This document shows, piece after piece, positions 17,801 to 23,931 of a DNA stretch of 28,450 bases. The translations under genes were made by a program, and so were the position numbers. Every line of letters starts with the position of its first letter. Positions within the stretch are counted from its first letter, which is position 1. Below the pieces are notes generated by a model, which was not told the DNA's origin, did not search any database, and saw nothing but the letters and a program-made list of their open reading frames with translations. The DNA is from a virus (taxonomy: Duplodnaviria > Caudoviricetes), in IMG/VR virus record IMGVR_UViG_3300032330_002128, positions 1 to 28,450 of that record. The stretch is one strand, 5' to 3'.

Positions 17801-18004
17801 TCAGGCTTTGACAAGGTTTTTTTTCATTTTTTTCAAAGCATGGAGAGCTTCGCGGCGTTCAAGAATCAAAGTCATAAATTCTTCGCCAATTGGCATGGTA
17901 AACAGCGAGCGCGAACTTTTGCGATCCCGCCCCTTGTTGATGACGAGCGACATTTTCGAAAAGGTGTAGTGAGTGGTGAACTGCAAACGGTGAACTTCTT
18001 TCAT
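17801..18004 (-). CDS. small basic hypothetical protein
   Basis: Own promoter TTGCGG-17-TAATCT (18014-18042). Confidence 0.6.
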   Translation of the reverse strand: MKEVHRLQFTTHYTFSKMSLVINKGRDRKSSRSLFTMPIGEEFMTLILERREALHALKKMKKNLVKA

Positions 18005-18142
18005 GGCAAGGAGAGATTAACCCAGAGCGACCCATACCGCAAGAACTTTCTACTATTTTTTGAAAGAAAATTACTGCGCATTTTACGCTTTCGCATTGAC
18101 AGCCGCAACTAACAGACTGCTAACAACTCTCTAACAACATCT

Positions 18143-18219
18143 GTAAGTCATTCATTTTCAACGACTTACGGCGGCGCGGGGACCGCTCTTGCGTAACTGC
18201 TTGATTATCAGCGACTTAG
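18143..18219. repeat. 77-bp element, copy 5
   Basis: GTAAGTCATTCATTTTCAACGACTTAC + GGCGGCGCGGGGACCGCTCTTGC + GTAACTGCTTGATTATCAGCGACTTAG. Confidence 0.95.
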
Positions 18220-18264
18220 GTAGAGGGGCCACCACAACCCCTCTACCATTTTCACCATGCCATG

Positions 18265-18765
18265 TCAACCAGAAATTGGTTCAGCGAAGTTAACAAAGTC
18301 TTCTGCTAGACCGTTGATGATCTGTTCGACAAAAAACCATCCTTCATCTTTGAAGTTTTCAGAATTTTCAATCGCTTCCCAATTGCGGATTTTCATTTGA
18401 TTGGGGTAATGCTCATCTTCTTTATCTTCTGCTAGAAGAGCAAGGCAAAGAGTTTCAGCATCCCAATCTCGCGGCCAACCTGATAGAAAATGGCTAGCTG
18501 CTAGGAGATACGCTTTCGCATGGATAGAATTGCGCAGATCAAGACCATGATAATTATTTTCATCCAGTTTAATGATTTGGGGAGGTTCGGGAAGTTGAGT
18601 TTTTTGTGCGATGTGAGCGTCTGCAATTGCAGCCATGCGCAGAATTTCTTCTTTCGCGATATCGCGGGCCGTTTTAGTCGTTCCGCTTTCCATTAGAGTA
18701 AAAAGCAGCGGAACGGCTTGAGTCCAAGTGGGAGTGCAATCAATTGTTTTTGGTGCGGCAGGCAT
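18265..18765 (-). CDS. hypothetical protein
   Basis: 166-aa ORF; promoter TTGACA-17-TAGAAT at 18822-18850. Confidence 0.75.
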   Translation of the reverse strand: MPAAPKTIDCTPTWTQAVPLLFTLMESGTTKTARDIAKEEILRMAAIADAHIAQKTQLPEPPQIIKLDENNYHGLDLRNSIHAKAYLLAASHFLSGWPRDWDAETLCLALLAEDKEDEHYPNQMKIRNWEAIENSENFKDEGWFFVEQIINGLAEDFVNFAEPISG

Positions 18766-18861
18766 TTTTTTGTTGTTGTTTCTTTTTGTTTGAGAAGCGG
18801 ATGGTAGCGGGGGCGAAACGAATTCTAACTTTCGCGGGAGGAAGTGTCAAGGTGATTTTAT

Positions 18862-19188
18862 TCATGCTGGGCGGATTCTACGTGCTGGGATGTTTAAAGT
18901 GGAACACCATTTGCGCCAGTTTTTGCCGTGCGCCATCTCGTATTTGTTGACAAGATAGGTGCCGCGCTCGCGATAGTCAAGCAAATGTGCCAGTTCATGC
19001 AAGAAAATTTCGCGAAAGAAATTAAAAGAAGATAAAATTTCAAGATCCAATTCGATGCGCCAATCGCCAGCATAAGCCAAACCATTAAATTTATTTGATT
19101 GCATCCATGAGACTTGAACATGAGGCATGCCCCACTGCTTGAGTGTAAGGCGGATGTATTGTTCGACTTCTTGTGTGGTGAGCGACAT
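18862..19188 (-). CDS. SprT-like zinc metalloprotease
   Basis: 'IFLHELAHLL' (HExxH) plus 'HGKNWRKWC'; leaderless promoter at 19195-19222. Confidence 0.85.
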   Translation of the reverse strand: MSLTTQEVEQYIRLTLKQWGMPHVQVSWMQSNKFNGLAYAGDWRIELDLEILSSFNFFREIFLHELAHLLDYRERGTYLVNKYEMAHGKNWRKWCSTLNIPARRIRPA

Positions 19189-19253
19189 AGGAAAAGAGTA
19201 TCAGAAGAGCGTAGCATGTCAACAGTTAGATTCTAACTGGTCGCAGTTAGATT

Positions 19254-19330
19254 GTAAGTCGCTTATTTTCAATGACTTACAGCGGCGCGGGGGCCGCGCT
19301 TGCGTAACTCACTAATTTTCAACGAGTTAG
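19254..19330. repeat. 77-bp element, copy 6
   Basis: GTAAGTCGCTTATTTTCAATGACTTAC + AGCGGCGCGGGGGCCGCGCTTGC + GTAACTCACTAATTTTCAACGAGTTAG. Confidence 0.95.
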
Positions 19331-19464
19331 GTCGAGCCGTTCATCAATGCTCGATCCCCCAATTTCAGATGATTTCCCACTCTCACCGCACGGGGCGGAT
19401 TTTTGTCTTAAAGTCAAGCTCTAAGATATAGGAGTTTCGGGATTATTTGGGGCTTGCTGTGATA

Positions 19465-19925
19465 TTATGCTAGAGTTTCCAGCAATGCAAGAGCATTTTC
19501 TGCTTCTTGTTTCCATCGTGGACGCATTCCGCTCATGATCTTTTGCCACTCATCCCGAGGATATTCTTTTGTTTGAATTTGAGCGACGATGATTTCCGCT
19601 TCCAACTGAGAAATGCGGCAATGTTGGCAGAAGTAAATCAAACACTGTTCTTTGGTTTCTGATGGCTCATAACGCTGTGGAATTCCCGCCACTTTCGCCA
19701 ACCAATACCAACCATTTCTTCTGTATGCATTGGTTGCCCTTTAATGTCAGAAAGGTGAAGATCCACAAAACATTTGAGATCAGGGCGGTAATCCAAAATT
19801 TCTTCATGCAAACAACCGCAGCGATTTTTTCCATCGGCAGTAATTGAGAAGTGTCCATGCTCTGTGGAAATGGTGATCTTGAAAAGAAATGTCTTAGAAT
19901 CGACTGTGGAGATGATGGTTTTCAT
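19465..19925 (-). pseudogene. single hypothetical gene split by a 1-nt frameshift near 19715
   Basis: Adding one A to GAA GAA AT GGT joins ORFs 19638-19925 and 19465-19701 into one 153-aa frame (...PMHTEENGWYWLAKVAG...). Confidence 0.65.
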
Positions 19926-19967
19926 AGCGGCGAGAGTTTGAGTGATTAAAGAGCGGATTTACAGAAG

Positions 19968-20129
19968 TCATTCAGGCAAGATCAATGTTCCGAGATAGTC
20001 CATTTCATTCCCACTTTCTGGGTCGATTGGAAATCCACCATCAAGAATAGAATCGAGGCCAACATCATGAATAACGTTTGAATCATCAGAGTAGCGAAGA
20101 ATAATGCGGGAATTGTCAATTTTTTTCAT
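19968..20129 (-). CDS. 53-aa acidic protein, not in ORF track
   Basis: MKKIDNSRIILRYSDDSNVIHDVGLDSILDGGFPIDPESGNEMDYLGTLILPE*; promoter at 20139-20167. Confidence 0.7.
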   Translation of the reverse strand: MKKIDNSRIILRYSDDSNVIHDVGLDSILDGGFPIDPESGNEMDYLGTLILPE

Positions 20130-20175
20130 AGCGGCAATAGTGTGAGGTTTGGCGGTGAATTAGTCAAGAGGAAAT

Positions 20176-20391
20176 TTATGCAGGCACAACATCGGAAGAA
20201 TTTTTTCCTTTGGGGGCAAGCCATTCTGTCCATGTGCATCCATCTTTGTCAAGCAAAGACTGGCCATCCCAAGTGGTGCGGATCCATTTTTTAGCAGGCG
20301 CAGGAGTGATTCCGTTTTCACCATATGTGACAAGAACATATTCGCCGCCAATTACTAAAGGAGAACCTTCGCTGTCAAGAAACTGATTCAT
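20176..20391 (-). CDS. 71-aa hypothetical protein
   Basis: Leaderless promoter TTGACT-17-CACAAT (20398-20426), 6 nt before the ATG. Confidence 0.7.
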   Translation of the reverse strand: MNQFLDSEGSPLVIGGEYVLVTYGENGITPAPAKKWIRTTWDGQSLLDKDGCTWTEWLAPKGKNSSDVVPA

Positions 20392-20418
20392 GGGTGCATT
20401 GTGAGGTTTGGCGGTGAA

Positions 20419-20559
20419 TTAGTCAAGATTAAATGTGCGCTTATGAAGAGATTCTTGCACTTGCTTGTCCATCCAAGTTTGTTGCTCAAAAATTTTCGCA
20501 CCATAAACTGGCTTAGGCTGACCTAGAAACACATTGAGGATTGCGTAGATGAACTTCAT
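20419..20559 (-). CDS. 46-aa hypothetical protein, not in ORF track
   Basis: MKFIYAILNVFLGQPKPVYGAKIFEQQTWMDKQVQESLHKRTFNLD*; promoter TTGCAA-17-CATAAT (20566-20594), 6 nt before the ATG. Confidence 0.65.
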   Translation of the reverse strand: MKFIYAILNVFLGQPKPVYGAKIFEQQTWMDKQVQESLHKRTFNLD

Positions 20560-20736
20560 GGGCAGATTATGCAGCATCCAGAACAAACTTGCAAGCTCTT
20601 TTTAGAGAAAAAGTTACAAATGGCAAAACAGCAAATGGCAAAACAGCAAATAGCAAATCCTTAAATAGTAAATCAGTGTCGTATAAATAGCTTGACACTG
20701 TTAGCTAACAGATTCTATCAGAAAAGGGCCGAATCC

Positions 20737-20813
20737 ATAACTCGTTGATTTTCAAGGACTTATGGCGGCGCGGGGGCCGCGCCAACGTAACTCGTTCAGT
20801 TTCAACGACTTAC
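20737..20813. repeat. 77-bp element, copy 7
   Basis: ATAACTCGTTGATTTTCAAGGACTTAT + GGCGGCGCGGGGGCCGCGCCAAC + GTAACTCGTTCAGTTTCAACGACTTAC. Confidence 0.95.
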
Positions 20814-20901
20814 AAAGAATGATTATTAAATGCTTTTTTTCTTGACAAAGTGCGGCTAGCCCCCACCACAAGGGCTAGCCTATGTCCACCTTACCAGAAA
20901 G

Positions 20902-21069
20902 TCACTTTTGTTTGAGCGTGGCATTGAAGCCAGCCGCCCAAGTCAAGGCAAGCACCAACCAGAACACCAGAAAGTTGAGTTCTTGATCTATCAGATTGTG
21001 CGCTCGCGAATAGAGGAAAATTAAAATGTGGACAGAAGAAGCGAGGAATGTTAGAAAAGCGATTTTCAT
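20902..21069 (-). CDS. 55-aa membrane protein, not in ORF track
   Basis: MKIAFLTFLASSVHILIFLYSRAHNLIDQELNFLVFWLVLALTWAAGFNATLKQK*; two hydrophobic segments. Confidence 0.65.
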   Translation of the reverse strand: MKIAFLTFLASSVHILIFLYSRAHNLIDQELNFLVFWLVLALTWAAGFNATLKQK

Positions 21070-21081
21070 AATTTTTTATGG

Positions 21082-21333
21082 TTAGATTGCAAGGTCGATG
21101 CCTGCGATGTGTAGATTACGATATTTGCTCACACCCGCATCGTCAACATCGAAAGCTTTCACAGTCACGTATCGTTTGCCATTTTTGGCAAAGCCGACAT
21201 GTTCCACACTTTCAACTTTCAAGACGCGCACGCCGTCTTGAGTTAGACTGGATTTTTCAGCAAGATAGCGAACGGTTTTACCCACAAGGGCAGAAGCGAT
21301 TTCAACGGCGGAAGCAGAGTAATTAAGGAACAT
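21082..21333 (-). CDS. small beta-rich (WYL/Sm-like) hypothetical protein
   Basis: ATG 21333 follows promoter TTGCTA-17-TACTCT (21358-21386); 'AFDVDD...KYRNL' pattern. Confidence 0.65.
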   Translation of the reverse strand: MFLNYSASAVEIASALVGKTVRYLAEKSSLTQDGVRVLKVESVEHVGFAKNGKRYVTVKAFDVDDAGVSKYRNLHIAGIDLAI

Positions 21334-21379
21334 TGGATTGGTTTGGTTGATGGGGAAAGAGTAATGAATCAAAGGGGAT

Positions 21380-21562
21380 TTAGCAAGTTATTTTTGCCTC
21401 GATAAAAGAAAAATCTATTTCCTGCTTGAAGTATGGCCAAGCCTCTTTCATTTCAACAGTAGCTTTTTCTAAAGCCTCGAAAATGTTTTTTGCTTGTGGC
21501 TCCAAGGTGAAAATGCGGCGTGTGCTGGACATTTGAACGGTGATCTGATAGACGCTGGACAT
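21380..21562 (-). CDS. 60-aa hypothetical protein
   Basis: Leaderless: TACTCT -10 element 6 nt before the ATG (promoter 21569-21597). Confidence 0.65.
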   Translation of the reverse strand: MSSVYQITVQMSSTRRIFTLEPQAKNIFEALEKATVEMKEAWPYFKQEIDFSFIEAKITC

Positions 21563-21600
21563 AGGAAAAGAGTAAGATTTAAACAGTGGAGAAACAACAA

Positions 21601-21774
21601 TTATTTACTGACATTGGCGAAAAATTCTTCAGCCTTTGCAGTGTTGGCGGCGCGATTGAAAGTGTCCTCAAGAGTCTCTTGAGCTTCCCATTCCGCCTGC
21701 GCGAATGCGGCGGCAGATTCGAACATGGCGAGCAATTCCAGAGAGTCAGCGGCGGCAAGTGAGTCAATCGACAT
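21601..21774 (-). CDS. 57-aa acidic, Ala-rich protein, not in ORF track
   Basis: MSIDSLAAADSLELLAMFESAAAFAQAEWEAQETLEDTFNRAANTAKAEEFFANVSK*; promoter TTGCGA-16-TAATGT 6 nt before the ATG. Confidence 0.7.
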   Translation of the reverse strand: MSIDSLAAADSLELLAMFESAAAFAQAEWEAQETLEDTFNRAANTAKAEEFFANVSK

Positions 21775-21872
21775 GGATAGACATTACCACCACGGCGGCA
21801 GATCGCAAGATTTATTTTCGATTGTTAGAGGGTTGTTAGATGGTATTTTTTTTGCTTTTTTATTGACAAGTT

Positions 21873-21949
21873 GTAACTCGTTCATTTTCAACGACTTATG
21901 GCGGCGCGGGGGCCGCGCTCGCGTAACTGCTTGATTATCAGCGACTTAC
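21873..21949. repeat. 77-bp element, copy 8
   Basis: GTAACTCGTTCATTTTCAACGACTTAT + GGCGGCGCGGGGGCCGCGCTCGC + GTAACTGCTTGATTATCAGCGACTTAC. Confidence 0.95.
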
Positions 21950-22025
21950 GAAAAACGCGCGTTAAATGATTTTTTTGCTTGACAAACCCGCCCCACCCCT
22001 TGCGGGGCAGGGCCGTTACAGGCAG

Positions 22026-22271
22026 TTAGATGGTCCGAAGCAACTCCAGCACCTGCGGACCTTCGACTACAAGGCTTGCTGATTCAAAGAATCCGCGAGG
22101 TTTGGCTAGTGCATCGCGCCTCGCTTGAATTTCCTCGCTGGTCATCACCTTAGCCAGCTTAGGATTGCAGCGCGTGACCATACCAGATTCCGTTTGGAAA
22201 ACTGCTAGACCATTTTGCATTCCTTGGAATACGCCTTGCGTGGTGATTGTGCCGATAGGGAAGGGATTCAT
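22026..22271 (-). CDS. 81-aa hypothetical protein
   Basis: Promoter TTGCAA-17-TACTCT (22281-22309); stop lies in ATCTAAC. Confidence 0.7.
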   Translation of the reverse strand: MNPFPIGTITTQGVFQGMQNGLAVFQTESGMVTRCNPKLAKVMTSEEIQARRDALAKPRGFFESASLVVEGPQVLELLRTI

Positions 22272-22316
22272 GACAGGGAAAGAGTAGCAAGGGGATTGAA
22301 CCCTTGCAAGGTTTAT

Positions 22317-22448
22317 TTACAGAAAATCGAGTGTTTCAATTGAAACGTATTCTTCATGCCCATCATCGAAAGAAATGAGAGCTTCATCTTCTTCGATTCC
22401 AAGGATGAGGACGGCTTGATTGCGGTAGATTGCGAATTTGTCGGACAT
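22317..22448 (-). CDS. 43-aa highly acidic protein, not in ORF track
   Basis: MSDKFAIYRNQAVLILGIEEDEALISFDDGHEEYVSIETLDFL*; promoter TTGCGT-17-TACTCT (22473-22501). Confidence 0.7.
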   Translation of the reverse strand: MSDKFAIYRNQAVLILGIEEDEALISFDDGHEEYVSIETLDFL

Positions 22449-22513
22449 ATTGAGTTGGTTGGTGACGGGGAAAGAGTAATGCGGGAAACGATTTAACGCA
22501 AGCTTTTTTTACT

Positions 22514-22702
22514 TCAATTGCGAGCGTAGCGAATAGCGTTTGCAGCTTCGGAGCGTGTCATTTTGATTTGCTCACCCTTAGAAAAGATGAAACAATCTTC
22601 ATTTTTGCGATTGACACCACGAGAGGTGCAAAGCAGGAAAGAGCGAAACTTTCCTTTGATAGCGTGTGAATTCAGCGTGGAGTTGGAAGCGGTGACGATC
22701 AT
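22514..22702 (-). CDS. 62-aa basic hypothetical protein
   Basis: Promoter TTGCGT-17-TACTCT (22729-22757). Confidence 0.7.
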   Translation of the reverse strand: MIVTASNSTLNSHAIKGKFRSFLLCTSRGVNRKNEDCFIFSKGEQIKMTRSEAANAIRYARN

Positions 22703-23083
22703 CGTGTGAGGTGGTTGGTGACAGGCAAAGAGTAATCCAAGAAGTGATTGAACGCAAGATCTTTCGTATGCTTTTAAAAGAAAAAAAGACTGCGCATTTT
22801 ATGCTTTTGAGTTGACAGGTGGATCTGATAGACATCTAACACCACCCTCCCCATTTCTCAAAAAAAACTGATAGACTAACTGTTAGGAAAGCGAGGGGGG
22901 ACACTCTCCTACATCTCCCACTCCACAATCAACAAACAAAACACCACACCCACGCCAGCGCATCGGGGCAAGCCCCCCCCCATTTCCCAAATCGAACAAT
23001 AAACTTCCAAAAAACCCCCAAAAAACTTATCATAAAAAAATCCCAGACCCATTTTCACCAAAACCTCGTGTAAACAAAACAAA

Positions 23084-23908
23084 ATGCCAGTCATAACATA
23101 CAAAAACATATTGGTGCAAGCTGTTGACACCGCTGCAAAGAATTATTTATGTCCTGCCGCGACCATATCCATCAGCGCACAAAACAAGTTGGAAGCATCG
23201 CGCATTCTTGCCCCGAATCAAAACAACAACTTTCGTATCGGCGGCGAATTAAATTCAAAAATATCAATCTCTTTTGTGGCATGCAATCACAGTGGCGCAA
23301 ATGGCAACTGGAATTTCGCATCGGGCGTATTGCAAAATTTAACTGGTGAGAACTACATATCCACCATGTTGATTGGAGACAATTCTTTTCAGACATGTTT
23401 TTTGGACAGCGTGGCGGTTCAAATTGATGCATTTGCACCTGTTACAATCACTGCTGATTTTACTTGTTTGAATCCTCCAATAAACAGTTCATTTGTTGGC
23501 GCGACCATCAATTGGTCAGACGATTTAAACAGTGGAATTGCTTATGGTTTCAATACAGTGATCACCAACGGCACAACGCTATCAGATGCAAACCGCGAAA
23601 GCATTTCATACAAAATAAATTGCGACAGAACTTACTCAACTTCCATTGGCGAAACTTCTCCAAACAATATATTTTTAAATGGCGTCGAAAAAGAACTGAG
23701 CATCAAATCGCACAACATCGGTGCATATATTGATTATACTGGCTACGGCGAAATGATTGTTGTTGACCCCAAAAATGCTGCGGGTCAATCCATCGTCGGC
23801 GGCGGTTTTGGCATGTCTTCCAATTGTAAAATCACGGCACAAAATCTTTCTGTTCAAGAAGGAGACGTTTTAATGGGAGATATTTCTCTGCGCGAGATCA
23901 TTCTTTAA
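23084..23908 (+). CDS. hypothetical protein, possibly virion structural (tail-tube/baseplate-like)
   Basis: Beta-rich, low-charge, S/T/N/G/I-rich 274-aa protein at the start of the late block; preceded by the GTGTAA motif. Confidence 0.55.
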   Translation: MPVITYKNILVQAVDTAAKNYLCPAATISISAQNKLEASRILAPNQNNNFRIGGELNSKISISFVACNHSGANGNWNFASGVLQNLTGENYISTMLIGDNSFQTCFLDSVAVQIDAFAPVTITADFTCLNPPINSSFVGATINWSDDLNSGIAYGFNTVITNGTTLSDANRESISYKINCDRTYSTSIGETSPNNIFLNGVEKELSIKSHNIGAYIDYTGYGEMIVVDPKNAAGQSIVGGGFGMSSNCKITAQNLSVQEGDVLMGDISLREIIL

Positions 23909-23931
23909 TTTCTAAGTGTAAATAGTGGAGA

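Noticed and set aside
17444-18112. 222-aa + strand ORF (and other + strand ORFs such as 16306-16878, 17398-17784, 21078-21326)
   Set aside because: Antisense shadows of - strand genes that have promoters and recognisable motifs.
21579-21767. 62-aa ORF from the track
   Set aside because: The alternative frame 21601-21774 has an ATG 6 nt after a -10 element and a more natural composition.
13229-21949. CRISPR array interpretation of the repeats
   Set aside because: Units are box pairs with a conserved 23-bp spacer, separated by ~1 kb of genes; there are no unique 30-40-bp spacers and no cas genes.
13229-21949. Canonical XerC/D dif (pdif) sites or a complete integron
   Set aside because: Boxes are 11-5-11 and lack the XerD arm TTATGTTAAAT; no IntI or other recombinase is in the window. 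Kept only as an analogy.
13229-21949. IS/MITE insertions
   Set aside because: No consistent target-site duplications or transposase; copies are confined to one region, co-oriented and regularly spaced.
22909-23130. 73-aa - strand ORF
   Set aside because: Product of the low-complexity skewed tract; overlaps the 23084 gene start.
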